From Felis catus (taxonomy: Eukaryota), in the NCBI RefSeq assembly GCF_018350175.1, contig NC_058368.1:217622001-217686000 (forward strand): 64,000 nucleotides of DNA. The letters are read 5' to 3'. How positions within the stretch are numbered: position 1 is the first letter of the stretch; the number at the start of each line of letters is the position of its first letter. This document shows, in pieces, positions 24,633 through 38,210 of this stretch. Under the pieces are notes generated by a model, which searched no databases, was not told the DNA's origin, and saw nothing but the letters and a program-made list of their open reading frames with translations. The translations under genes were made by a program, and so were the position numbers.

Positions 24633-26676
24633 GTAGGTATATGTTAATCCATGTAAACTAACATTTTTATTTGTTTGCTAAGGTAATAATTATGGACATA
24701 CAGTTACCATATATGGTTCTTTCAAGATGAGAACTATAACTGAAAACTACTATTTAGTTTTAACTGTCTCACTTCTAATTATTTTCAATTGTATATATTT
24801 CAATGATTCCTGCTATGGTGTACCTTATACCTAAAATGATATCTAAAAATATGATCTAACAATATGATTAATGAGAGCAGTTATTCCATTGCATTTCTAC
24901 CAACACCTTTACCTCTACTCAACTGCTATTCAAATAGCAGTCAAGATGAATGTATTTCTGCTTGAAATAAAAAAGGGATATCAAATAGTGTCAGCAGTTT
25001 TGGACAGTTTTGCTTGCATTATTTTGCATAACAACTAATACTTGCATTTGACAAATTTCTTTTGATCATCTCATTTGATCATTGAAACAACTTCATGTGG
25101 AAAGCATGGGAAATAGAACTTTAAATCCCCATTCTGTTAATTAGGAGCCAGGATTCTGAATGATTAAGCAGCTGAATTAAGATCAAATAACCTGGTAGCC
25201 TAATAACAATATTCCAAGCCTTATAATATTATTTTAGTTGTGTTCTACTACCAAATAATAGTTTATCATGCAAACTGAAAATAATTGTTTCATTTTTTTA
25301 GGGCTGCCTACAATTTTAAAAAACATTTGTTATTATGTAATTTATCTGTATGTGTATGTTTAGATGTCTTAATAAAATAAGAGCTATTAAGTCATTACAT
25401 ATTTAAAAAGAAGTGATATAAACTTGCTATAGTATCCAAAATATGCACAACTGATTTTCAAAATTTGATACTATGTAGTTGGATATTATTTCAAAATCAT
25501 TGTTCAGTGACTAACTTTGACATTATTACAATTAGTACATGTTTCAGTCTAAAATAGTTTTTTTATGAGGAAAACAAAATTATAACCACCTTTGCTGAGT
25601 GAAATGATATAAAATGTTTCTTAACTATGTGTGCCATCTAAACAGAAGAACCAGGGGTTTGCAAAGAAGTTACTTCTTTTCACTTCAAATGAAATCTCAT
25701 CCATCTGAAAAAAGAGGCAGTTCTCTTATCTTTTAGGTATTCATTCCAATAATATGAAAGAGAGTTATCAAATTAGACAGGAGTCCTAGGAAATCATACA
25801 GCCTAGGATGAAATATGAGTTGCTGTGTTTTCTTTAATATTTTAAAATATGTTAGCTTGGTATAGATCCATGGAAGTACTGGACTGATCCATATAGGTCG
25901 ACCAGTGGGATAAAGTAGATACATATGATGATGTCTTTATGGGCTTATATTTGAGATGAAGATACATCTAAAAATCATACTTTCCATTTCAACTGCCTGT
26001 TGATGAGTATTCTAAAGTAGTTTGGTTTTCTGGTAACACCCTTTAACCTTTAGAACACATTATTGTTTATCCTGCATATATGTTATTTTACCAGGTATTT
26101 TGACAAATAGTACAAAAACTGTCACTTATCCTTCTGGAAATAGATTTGATATACATACAGGAATAAAAAGTATAATTTGGATGACAGATATTTGAATAAG
26201 ACACATTTTGATAATAACTGATTTATAGTTGAATAACTTTTAAAGTTTTCAAAGAATTAACTCAACTCATTTTAAAAACCAGAATACTTATTTATCAGAG
26301 ACTATTTATATTTAAACTCAGATACCTGCATTTTCTCCCATATTATTTTGTGCTATTTAATGGAATATTATCTCTTATTCTGTATATTCTATCATGTATC
26401 TAATTCAAACATATTCTATCTCATCTAGGTTACATTAATATTTATCAAATACATAATAATATCAGGACTAGAGTAAGCATTTGTATATTTTATTTTAAAA
26501 ATCTTTGCTCATTCCATACCATAAAATACAGAATATATAAGTTTATACATGGAAGAAGGCTTACAGATTATTTTGTGCAAAAAGCCCTTCCTGTAAGGCA
26601 ATCTATATTTATATAAAGTTTAAATTATGGGCAGCACAATTTCTTATTTTTGCAGCCTTAAAAATGCGTATTTGGT

Positions 26677-26885
26677 GGGGTACCTGGGTGGCTCAGTTGG
26701 TTAAGCAGCTATCTTTGGCTCAGGTCATGATCTCACAGTCTGTGAGTTCCAGCCCTGCGTCGGGCTCTGTGCTGACAGATCACAACCTGGAGCCTGCTTC
26801 AGATTCTGTGTCTCCCTCACTCTCTACCCCTCCCCTGCTCTGTCTCTCTTTCTCTCTCAAAAATAAATAAACATTATTTTTTTAA
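26677..26885 (+). mobile_element. CAN-SINE
   Basis: Head 'ggggtacctgggtggctcagttggttaag'. Confidence 0.93.
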
Positions 26886-29800
26886 GTGAGAATTTGGGTA
26901 ATTGTCAATTTTATTGCCTCTGTGCCTAGAATTCCAACAAAACAGAAAAACAACAACAACAACAACAGCATAGAGATGTATGGCTCTGGTTGCAGCTTTT
27001 CATATTAATAAAAGAGGATTTAAAAGTTACAGATAGATCTTGATCCTATTTATGGAGGATAGTTATTATTAGTACTAAGATTGACATCACTGTATTAATT
27101 GCTTCCTGTTTGGCCCAACGATAGACTTTGTATGTATATCTAGTTTTAAATATAAATGTACATATTATACACACACATGGAAGACACTACATTTGATTTA
27201 AGCACTTATTTTAATAAATAAGTAAAAATGAGCCCAAAAGAATTAAACTGGCTTGCCCCAAAACATAATATATTACTATACTATTGTAAACAGAAAAACA
27301 ATGTTTAATAAATGCAGGGAAAGCTGGATAATTTTAATGCCTTACTATCTGTCCCCACTGTAAAATAGTTATGCTTATTATGCAAAACATAGTTTGGAAC
27401 ACTTCCAATTTTATTAGATTCTTAGTAATTCCTCAAAAGCAACATTTTTTAAGTTTTTATCTCTTAATTCAAATGCCCCCTCATTAAAATTAAATCCAAA
27501 TAAGAGGAAAGGGAGTGAGTGCATTTTGCATTAAGATTTTAGACCTGTTAATATATAAAACATGTCTAAATACAGTCCATAAATTTTATATTTTTAAATT
27601 ATACGGTTCTTTTGTCATAAGTAATCCTGTTTTAAGGGAAAATAAATATTAACTCACTATAATTTTGTAGATGTTATTTCTATGCTTTTACTGATATAAA
27701 TAATCAATTGCAGAGAAAAACTAAAGGATGATCTTAAACTAATAGTTAAAGCCCATGCATAATCAGACAACAAAAAGTGCTTCTATAAATGAAGTAATGC
27801 ACAGTCATTTAATTCTAATATTATCTTCCTTATATTAGTGATTTTCACTTAAACCAGAGCTAAAAAACTACTACCATTAACTTTGGGGGTAAATAAAGTC
27901 TTCTAAAATAAAATGAAATTTCTTTATTATTATCCTACCCTTCTCCCCAATATAACCCCTAATGGTCTCCTCGATACTGTCCCTTTCTTCCTATTTATTT
28001 TTGTCCAAATTGTCTCTCCTGTTTCTCTCACACCAACTCCTCTCCTTGCTCTATCTCTCTGCCCCTACTTCCTTCTGTCAAAACCATATACCACATTCCA
28101 TTGTGTTGCTCAGAATCACTTTTTAGTTAAAATTACAAGACTCTAATTAATTGTTGAAATCTTAAATGCATTAGCATCTTCTGATCAGAACACATAATCT
28201 GGACAATATTTAAGGATATATAATGAAGGAAAATGGGATGTATTGATTTTAATATTTATAGCAGAGCCCAACTTTTTTCTCATTGACTGGGTAGTTCACC
28301 ATACTGGTCTCTCAAAAACTTACCCAGTTCCTCTCCAACACCATCACTTCAACAAGAAATCCTTTTGCAGTTTTCACAGTTGGCACATATAACTCATCAA
28401 TGAACCCTCTATGACTTAACCCAAGCCCTTTCTTAGCATTCACTACCTGTGGATTCAATAACGTGTCTAATCACAGCCATAATGCCAGACAAGCCACTTA
28501 GTAAAGAATTTAGAGTGGTGTTTCTTTCCTCAGATTGTCTAGGATGCATCCCATCTCTGTCACCTACCAGGTGACCATGGGCCACTTCTATATGTCTCAA
28601 GGCCTATAGCTTATGCTAATCATAAGAATAAAGTAATGATACAAATTAAGGGCTGGGTATTCTGCCTCGTCTACCTTACAGTCTATAAACGTACATTCTC
28701 ATTATGACTTTCTGCTGGAAACCATGCTGGGCTTCAGTTAAAATCTGAATAAGACCAGACAGGCCCCTGCCTTTGGAGAGATTACATCATACAGGACAAA
28801 GCCTGTAAATAAATTTATCATGATACGACAAATGTCATGTCATATGATACATTTGTCATTTAAGCTTCACTGTAATTTTTTAATCTTTGTTTAATATAAA
28901 AGTAAAATATTTAGATTATTTGAGAGCAAATGAAAATTATAAGTATTTCAGAAAATTCAGAGGGAGATAAAAATCAAAATCTTTTAATTCATCTTTATAA
29001 ACACATATTTACGAAATTGGTACAAAAAACATAAAAACCACCTTCTAATTTTATTGCTAAATAGTACTAACTGATAATAAGTCATTGCATTTATGAAAAA
29101 AAAAAGTACAACTCTCCATTCCCTAATGTCCAACACATTAGGTACTTCTCTTTTTTCATTCTGCTGTTATAAATATCATAGTATTAAGCTGTCAGTGTTT
29201 ATCAGTGTTTATCAGCATTCCTAATCATTACCATGAATCTACAAGAACAGATCGTAGTTTATATGAGTGTTTTTAACATTTTAGTTACATTACAAAATTG
29301 ATTTTTATTATTTAGATTGAATTACTTTTTTCTTTTTTAGGTCAAGTATTTTTGGATATGTTCAAAGATCACATACCTACAATAAAAAGCAAACAATAGA
29401 AAACAAATTTAACAGCAAAATACATTATTAAAAGTGTCAAAAGGTATAGAGAAGTGTTTTTACCTGTTTTCACTATGAAATTATACCCACAGTAAAAGAA
29501 AAATGAAACTGGTTAGGAAAATACCGGTCATGAAATTGATGAATTCACTACTTACATTTAGAATACTGATTACACTTAATAATTCATGTTTCAAATAATC
29601 CTCAAGTATGAAAATAATTATTATTCTCACTAATATATGTTCACATAAAATTATATTTAAAAATTCAATATAAGTCAGAAAAACACTTTAGTTGAACTTA
29701 TAAACATTATTGTATTCTATTGTATTATACATATTATATTATAATATAACTATTATTTTTGCCTTGGTCTGGCTAGGACATGAGTGAGTGTTCTTTAAAT

Positions 29801-31193
29801 GACAAAGGAGTACCCCTGGGATGGACGAGTGAGTTGTACTGTGTCTTCTTGCAGAACATATCAATTCTGTTGCAGCTGAGGAAACAGAGGCCTCAAGAGA
29901 AAGAACTTAAGTTTTCTATGCTAATTAATTTAGAAAAAAAAACAAAACATAAAAACGAATGCTGCTAGATTCCTATGTTAGTATTCAGATACATTGATGG
30001 GAAATGAGCTGTTAGTATAATCTTAACATACAATTAATAATTTTTAAGCATATACATGCAAATTTTGAGAAACATTCATTACAACTAAATTAGACCAGTT
30101 CTGAGTGTGTAACGTATGGGGGTTTTAAAGTAAGTGATATGGCCAATATGGAATTTGCCCTGTCCTAAAGAATTTCACAATCTAGGTAGAATCAGAGTCA
30201 AACTAGGAAAATTCTATGTAGTATACTAGAAAATGTCATACAAACTCATTTTGCCCAAGGGATACATGGTAGGCTTTAATCAATAGTAGTTTTACAACCA
30301 TGCTTTGGATCTTTATAGCGATTAGTGAGATATCAGAAAAGCCCATTAATATACTGCATTATGTTTAGCCTCTTTAAAACCTTTTTATCTTTTAAATATA
30401 AAAAATTGTGATAAAGTTAAAAGACAGTGGTTTAAGTTTCAGAAAATAAAATTAAACAGAGTAGTGTTAAATTATAGTATTGCATGTGATAAAATCTATA
30501 CTTTCTTAATTTGGGGGGAAATATCTACTGATTTACTTATGTGCAGCAAATAATATGTAGCATATCAATAGATATAATCATATATGACTGTGTTAACTAT
30601 ATTTTAAAGGGAGGCCCAGACGCTTAATAATCATTTATATCTTACACACACACAAAATTACAGGTCAATTTTATGCCATTTTTTTCCCCATGAAAACAGA
30701 GTCCCTCTATTTTTTATTCTATGTATAATATACATTTAATTTATCAGAGTAAAAAGCAACCTGGATGTTACCAATACTGGTTTTATCTTTGAATATACAT
30801 TTCCAGTAAGCAAGAAATGCATTAATTGAAAATTGCATGCACATTGTATTCAGTGAAAAATTGTTCCTCACAATATTTTTGGTCAACTAAAAGTGCAGTG
30901 CATTTGTCTCATTATATTCATTTTTGTGATAAAATAGGTTGCTGATTTTTTTCTCAGATAGCTCAAACAATAAAATTACAGGGTATTTAAAGTTTTAAAA
31001 AAATGAAAAAAGAGAAGTGTTTTGTTTTTTGTTGTTGTTGTTTTTTTGAGGCAGCATCATTTCAACACATTTCTTTGAACATGTACCATCATCTAACATA
31101 CCACATGACCCACCAGCAATAATTTTTCGGAAAGACTGTTTCAAAGTTAGAAGTATTTAAGTATCTTTGTTTGGGTGGGTGGGATTCGTGTAG

Positions 31194-31313
31194 GTACGTC
31201 TGTCATACAAGTGACCGCAACAGATGCAGATGATGCCAACTATGGAAACAGTGCAAAAGTGGTCTACAGCATACTGCAAGGACAGCCATATTTTTCCGTG
31301 GACCCAGAATCAG
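31194..31313 (+). CDS. CDH9: Cadherin-9 coding exon, EC2 first half (120 nt)
   Basis: gtgtag|GTACG...TCAG|gtaata; [40 protein letters not shown]; phase matches neighbours. Confidence 0.96.
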
Positions 31314-31903
31314 GTAATAGCCTTTCATACTTGGTTTCTTTCTCATCTCATTATGTAATACATCCGGATGCACAATTATAGATTTTTCTGTATTTTAAGA
31401 GCTATTGATTCAGTATTATGCTTCCACTTATTCCCCATAGTTATTCCATGGAAATAAAAACAAATTTCATATTATTTAAATAGATTATTTGAACTGTTAT
31501 CCTTTTAGACTATTATCTACAGAGATTAAATTTATGACACCAAATACAAAATTTGAAATTTAGCACTTTTTGTGTCCTAGGAAATACTCAAAACAGAAAG
31601 AATGTGAAAATCATCAAATTAAGTAAGCTTATTCATCTGAAGATTTTTTAATGAAGTTAATTTTTTTTAAATCAAAAAGTATAATTAAATTGATTTAGCC
31701 AAGCTCATTCCCTGTACAATAGCCAGTGGAAGAATTCTGTCTGTTCTGTCCATTACATTAAATTGGTTATGGATTTCATACAGTTAGGTACACCAGCTTT
31801 TTGGTTGTTTGTTATGATGAACTTCTACAAAATAGATCTTGCATAGGTTAATCTTAGAACTCAGTGATTAAATTGTAAAATATTTGTCTACTTTTTCTAA
31901 AAG

Positions 31904-32071
31904 GCATAATAAAAACTGCACTACCAGACATGAGCAGAGAAAACAGAGAACAGTACCAAGTGGTTATACAAGCCAAAGACATGGGCGGCCAGATGGGAGG
32001 CCTTTCTGGAACCACCACCGTAAACATCACTCTGACAGATGTCAACAACAATCCTCCACGATTTCCCCAGA
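31904..32071 (+). CDS. CDH9: Cadherin-9 coding exon, EC2 second half (168 nt)
   Basis: ctaaaag|GCATA...CAGA|gtaagg; [56 protein letters not shown]; the correct frame is not in the ORF track. Confidence 0.96.
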
Positions 32072-33059
32072 GTAAGGAAGGTTTTATTTCTCTCGCGTAG
32101 GAAGCCTTCTCCAACACACTACGAATAGAGGCTTATATTTGTACCAGTGTTTTCACTATTCGGTTGTGAACAAAGACAAATCCACAACCTATCCCTCCGA
32201 CAAAATATGATAATTTCCCACAAATTGACTTCCCAATATTGGCTGTGATCATCTCACTCTTTCTCTTATCTGTTTCACGGTTTAGAGCACGGACTCTTAG
32301 TTCTGACAGCCTGGTTTCAAATCCTATGTCTGTCACTCGTCAGACCTCAGTTATCTGAGATTATCTTATACACAGTTATCCTATCTGTATATAAGAATTA
32401 TACTCCCTTATTTGATTCTAAAACACAGACTTGATATTTTAAAGTCTCAGATATCAGATACTAGTATTACAATCAACACAAAATGGGTTCAAATGGCAGC
32501 ACTTGTTTTTCTTAATGGCCCTTTGAGTTGTGGTATGCCTTCTTTCTGATGGCATCTGAGACATGTTTGCTAGTATCTGTTATCTACTTGTAAAGGTCAA
32601 ATCAGTCAATACCCTTTTAGTCATCACCATTTTAGGCACGTATGTTAAATCCTGAATGCTTTGCATGCCATGAATTCCCACACAAACAGATTCCAATCCT
32701 TTCCATTTTGCAGTGAATACAAATATGAAGGGCCTATTTGGAAATGTTCAGTTGAGGGGGTCTCAAATTTAAATTTATGATATTGAATCTAATACATTAG
32801 AGCATTTTTCCAAGCTAATCAAAATTAAACTATTTGATGATTCAGCTTTGGATGGTTGACATATGTATCTGATAAATATTTTAAAAAGTTTGCTAAGAAT
32901 ATGAACAATAAGCCTAATTAACATAAATCTAAACTTTGCATTCAGTTTCCTTAAATATAAACTGAAACAGTATGACTTGATGAATTCTCAAACGGCTTGG
33001 CACTCTATAATTCCATGATCCATTATAATCTTAGCAAAAGGTTTAGAACAATAATAGTA

Positions 33060-33270
33060 GTAATAACAAAAAATGTTTAAGAACTATCCCCGGGCTAAAC
33101 ATATAAAAGACATAATTTCATGTAATTCTCATTAAAAAAAAAACTATGAGATGATTGCTGTCATTATCACCCAATTTTATAGATGAAGAAATCAAGGGTT
33201 AGAGAATTTAACTTGCCCAGTGATGAGAATTCAAATCCAGGCAGCTGGATTTAGAAGTCCTCCTTAATCA
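33060..33270 (-). mobile_element. MIR SINE relic (similar relics near 25050-25200, 32290-32400, 35700-35870, 36370-36610)
   Basis: MIR core 'cccaattttatagatgaagaaatcaagg..agaga..taacttgccca'. Confidence 0.7.
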
Positions 33271-33631
33271 CCAAACAAATTAGAGAGAGAAGACTTTGAA
33301 TCAGAGAGACTTAGTTTTGCATGCTGTTTTTCTCAATTTTATAGGATTGTTTCCTTGAGCCCTATCCCTACTTTGGTATTATGAGGATGGATATTAGAAT
33401 TAAATAAATTAATATAGAGGGCCTTTGGCCTTATACAGAATGCAGCACATTTTACATGTTTAAAAACATCTCTAACTTTCATTAACTTTTGTTTTTAACT
33501 TTTTCCTGTTGATTCTTGAACAAATTGTCACAAACTAAAATCCTTTCAAGGACACCACAATGCAATATAATTGGCTGGAACTGAAGGAAACAGAAACATT
33601 CATATCCCTTAAAGGCATTAACAAGCAAAAA

Positions 33632-33699
33632 GGAAGGAAGGAAGGAAGGAAGGAAGGAAGGAAGGAAGGAAGGAAGGAAGGAAGGAAGGAAGGAAGGAA
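33632..33699. repeat. (GGAA)17 microsatellite
   Basis: Direct reading. Confidence 0.97.
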
Positions 33700-34142
33700 A
33701 TTCCTGTGTATGGGTTTATTTTTCTATCTCTGACCTAGAATATAAGAATAAGTGCATGTTTTTGAAATATTTGAAATTGTGAAAATGTATAATGACAATA
33801 TTGAAAGCTCCAGATAAGCGGTAAATAATTGGTTTTCTTGCCCTCTTAAGTAAAAGTTCTGGATTCTAATATCGTGCCTACCATCTGTTATCTCAATAAC
33901 CTTGGAGCATCCACTTAATCTTCCTGGAACTTATATTTCTCATTTACAAAGTGAGAGTGCTCTGCCTTTATAAATTATTTTTCCAATTTAATAAATCTAT
34001 AATTTTTGACAGCTTACAATTCAATATGATGAAAAACTCTCCCAGTTTAAAATTAATTTATTGAAGTAAAAAAGGCAGAGGAAAAGAAAGGTTTTTGTTA
34101 TCTGAAGATGAAATGCCAAAACAGCTCTGATTGAATTTTCAG

Positions 34143-34330
34143 GTACGTATCAATTTAATTCTCCCGAGTCCGTACCTCTTGGAACCTATGTTGGAAGGAT
34201 AAAAGCCGATGACCCTGATGTGGGGGAGAATGCTGAAATGGAATACAGCATTGCTGAAGGAGATGGAACAGACATGTTTGATGTCATCACTGACAAGGAC
34301 ACACAGGAAGGGATTATAACTGTCAAACAG
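34143..34330 (+). CDS. CDH9: Cadherin-9 coding exon, EC3 first part (188 nt)
   Basis: ttttcag|GTACG...AAACAG|gtttct; [63 protein letters not shown]; absent from the ORF track. Confidence 0.95.
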
Positions 34331-35272
34331 GTTTCTTTACGCTGTCTTCATTTTTTCATTGAGTGCTTATAGTTTATTTTTGCTTTTCAGTTAAGGGAAG
34401 AAAAGCCTAGGATTTATTTTTCCCATCTTTACAGTCTTCGTAGAAGGGGGTATAGTTGTGGCTTCATCTCAAGTTACGCATCTTCACCACTGACACTTAA
34501 AAAGTGATACAAAGCCTTAATTGCTTGTGCTTATAGCAGACACTCAAGGTAGGACCAGATAGCCTCGAAAGTCCTTGTTTTATACTCTCCCTGGCTGAAA
34601 AAATAGGCATGCAGTCATAACTTTATTTCACACACTTTTCAAAATATTCCAATTTGTCTCTTCAAGTAGATGAAACTTGAATATGTGTGTTTTACTTTGG
34701 ATTTCTTGATTTTTAATGCAGTGTGGGAGAACACACTGGATCTAGAATAATCCAGCTAAATATTGATCATGTTCTATTTTCCTGATTTTTCTGTTTCCAT
34801 TCACATCTTGCTTTCCATAGTGTTAAGATGAATGAAATATGCTTTTTCTTTTTAAAATATCAGTTTTAGAAATGTTGGAATTAAGGGGGCAACTTATATG
34901 AGCAGTTTGCTAAATCTCTACTTTATTTTATATTTACTCTGATTTTAACTTTGTATAACATTAATAACAATAGCAAATAATCTGTATATCCATTAGATAA
35001 TACATTTGCCTGTGACCATCAAAATGTGAATTGCATTAATAAGTGGGATTCAGTCTTAATGTGCATACCATTATATTCAGTTACCCCCTATGAATAAGTG
35101 TAAGACAAAACAAAAAATTACTAGTTTATTTGATATACCTATGCAGCAATAACTGAGGAAGTTTTTTAACCACAATTCCTGGCACCAGTAACAGAGCTGG
35201 ATATTCAAATTTAATATTGTCTTCCCTTGTCATATCTGCTATATTATACTAATTTTTCTTATTTAACTCCAG

Positions 35273-35526
35273 AATTTAGATTTTGAAAGCAAAATGCTGT
35301 ACACTTTAAGAGTGGATGCAAGTAACACTCACCCTGATCCACGATTTCTACACCTGGGACCTTTCAAAGACACAGCTGTGGTCAAAATATCTGTAGAAGA
35401 TATAGATGAGCCTCCTGTGTTTAGTAAACTTTATTACTTGATAGAAGTAGATGAAGATGTAAAGGAGGGCAGCATCATTGGACAGGTTACAGCATATGAT
35501 CCAGATGCTATGAACAATTTAATAAA
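35273..35526 (+). CDS. CDH9: Cadherin-9 coding exon, EC3/EC4 (254 nt)
   Basis: ctccag|AATTTA...ATAAA|gtaagt; [48 protein letters not shown]...[12 protein letters not shown]. Confidence 0.97.
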
Positions 35527-36849
35527 GTAAGTATTTTGTGATAATTTAAGTTTGCAGAAAAATAATCATCGTCCATTTACAAGCTGTTTGAAAAAAATAA
35601 CATGGTATTATGTATGATCAAGTACAGTGATAAGACTAAATCCTTCCATAGCACGATTCTTAGTTGAACTAACTTCTAAGTGATCTCAATATATTCTTGT
35701 ATTTGACTCATCATTTTGCAAGGTAGATCCTATTATTATACCTGACTGCAGATGATAATATTAAGACACAGCATTTAAATAACTTGCCAAACAATTAGTC
35801 AGTGGCAAAGCTGGATTTGAGAATCAGGCCATCTGGCTCTAAGAGTCTGTGATTTTAATCCCCCGCTGTAGTGATTCTTATCTCATTGCCTCTCTTGGAG
35901 AAGTCATAGTTCAAATAATAAATGACCTAGACAAATAAATTAGAAGAAAAATTTGTTCTAGGAATGCTATTAAGAGATAATTTGAAAATGTGGAAACATC
36001 TTTTAAAAATAGTCACTAGGCATCAAAATTTTTGGAAAAAACAATATGTCAACCTTTTCTAATAACAGAGAATTAGTAAAGAAAGTAATGATACTCGCAA
36101 ATATAAAACATTAAAATTAGTATCATATTGTGTAGTATAGCGTAAATACTTTCCCAAAGTTTGAATATAGTATGGACCATTTCAAAGATTTCAAATATGC
36201 CAGAATCTTAAGTGATTGTTTTATATGGTTCTTAAGGGGAATGTAAATATAGTTGTGAAATTAATGAATGAATACAATGGGTGGCTGAAGATGAGTGTCT
36301 GATTGTGGCATTAAATTCATGACATGAGACTGTCAAACATGTTGCCTATCCCTTCTTCTGTAAAATAATGGTTACCGTTTATTGAGCACCTGGTATAAAC
36401 TAGAGAGTCTGAAGAGATATATATTTATTAGCTCAGCTCAGCCTCATTACAACTTTATTGGGCAGGTACAACTCTTATCACCCAAATTTTATAGAAGAAT
36501 AAATAGAGATGCCAAGAGTTAAGGACACAGTGTAATATAGTTAGCAGACCAAGGATTCAAACTTCAGTTGATCTGAATACATAGCCAATTCTTTAGCAGT
36601 CATACTCTGCTTTCCTAATGACCTGTTTACTAATTAGAGATAATTAATATAATGTGCTGCATTTGTAGACTAATTTGACTGACTTCAGTTATACAAGGTA
36701 GATCCCTCAGGGACAAAATTATGCAAAAGGCAAAACATGTATTTTGCCCCTCAGAATTTGGTCTAGTTTCTCTTCATTTTCCCCATTTCCCACAGTAGGG
36801 AGTTTCATCAGCTCCAGCTACAGACATGTTAGCTTAGAAAATTACAGCC

Positions 36850-36876
36850 TTTTTAAGAAAATTATTTTCATGTTTA

Positions 36877-36919
<43 letters not shown>

Positions 36920-37083
36920 CCGAACAGGGGAGGGGCAGAGAGAGAGGGAGACACAGAATCCGAAACAGGCTCCAGGCTCTGAGCTGTCAGCAAAGAGCCC
37001 GACACGGGGCTCGAACCCACAAGCCATGAGAACATGACCTGAGCCGGTCGGACATTTAACCAACTGAGCCACCCAGACACCCC
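36850..37083 (-). mobile_element. CAN-SINE with TSD agaaaattaca
   Basis: TSD at about 36836 and 37084; (GA)n tract. Confidence 0.93.
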
Positions 37084-38039
37084 AGAAAATTACAACCTTT
37101 TCATTCTTCTTTTTGAACACTTGTATTAAGATATTATTGACCAACAATAAACTGCACAACTTTAATCTGTATGATTTGAGAAACTCTTGTATATTCTTAC
37201 ACCCATTAAAACATCATCAAATTCAAGATAATGTAGATATATCTTACCCAAAAAGTTTCTTCATGTCTTTTTAATGCCTCCCTCCCAAACTTCCCAAAAC
37301 CCACCCCTGATCCCCAGACAAACAACGATCGGGTTTGTGTTGATATAGGTCAGAATGGATTCTGTTTTCTTGAATTTATACCAATGCAATCATACAGTGT
37401 TTATTCTCTTTCGTCTAACTTGTTTCACTTAGCGTAACCATATTGAGACTTTTCCATGTTGTTATGTACATCAGTAGTTGATCCCTCCAATTGCTGAAAA
37501 GTATTCCAATGTACAGAAATACCACATTTTGTTTATCTGTTCACTGATCAGTTGATAAGTACATATACAAATATTTGCCCATTGGTATTTGTATAGTTAT
37601 ATGTTTTCACTTTTCTTGAAAACATACCTAGAAGAATTATGATCAGATCATCAGGCAGATATGTATTTAACACTTAAGAAAACAGCATATTATTTAAAGT
37701 TAAACAATGGCTATACAATTTTACATTTTAAAGTGGCTATACAGTTTAAAGTGGCTATACAATTTTACATTTTTACCAGCAATTATGATGGATTCAGTTT
37801 CTATATAGCCTCACCAATACTTGGGAGCCTCTTTAGCCATTCTAATAGGGGTATAATTGTATCTCTATGCCGATATGTTGTGCGTTTTTTCATATGTTCA
37901 ATATGAAATATGTTTGATTTATTTTTCATATATTGAACAAGCTCTGCATTATTGGGATAAATGTCACTTAGCCACATTATGCTATTGTTATTATATATTA
38001 TTGAATTCAATTCACTAAAGTTTAAAAATAATTTTGCAC

Positions 38040-38210
38040 TTTTTTTTAGAAGGGGAAGGGGAGAGGGAGAGGGAGAGAGAATCTTAAGCATACTCCAGCA
38101 CAGATCCTGAATCAGAGTCCGATGCAGGGCTCAATCTCAGGAACTGTCAGATCGTGACCTGAGCCAAAATCAAGATTAATGCTTGACTGACTAAGCCACC
38201 CAGGCGCCCC
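38040..38210 (-). mobile_element. CAN-SINE
   Basis: 'ctaagccacccaggcgcccc' reverse head. Confidence 0.9.

Noticed and set aside
31854..32117. Antisense ORFs over CDH9 exons (also 47349-47594, 53520-53729, 58603-58812)
   Set aside because: Shadow frames of real coding exons with no independent evidence
32363..32396. Imperfect inverted repeat tcttatacacag/ctgtatataaga resembling the Tn5 mosaic end
   Set aside because: Only 11 nt match, it lies in a MIR-like relic, and the full 19-bp end is absent; chance
35521..35526. AATAAA abutting splice donors (also 47641 and 53268)
   Set aside because: Expected by chance in AT-rich sequence, and such sites are normally suppressed by U1 binding
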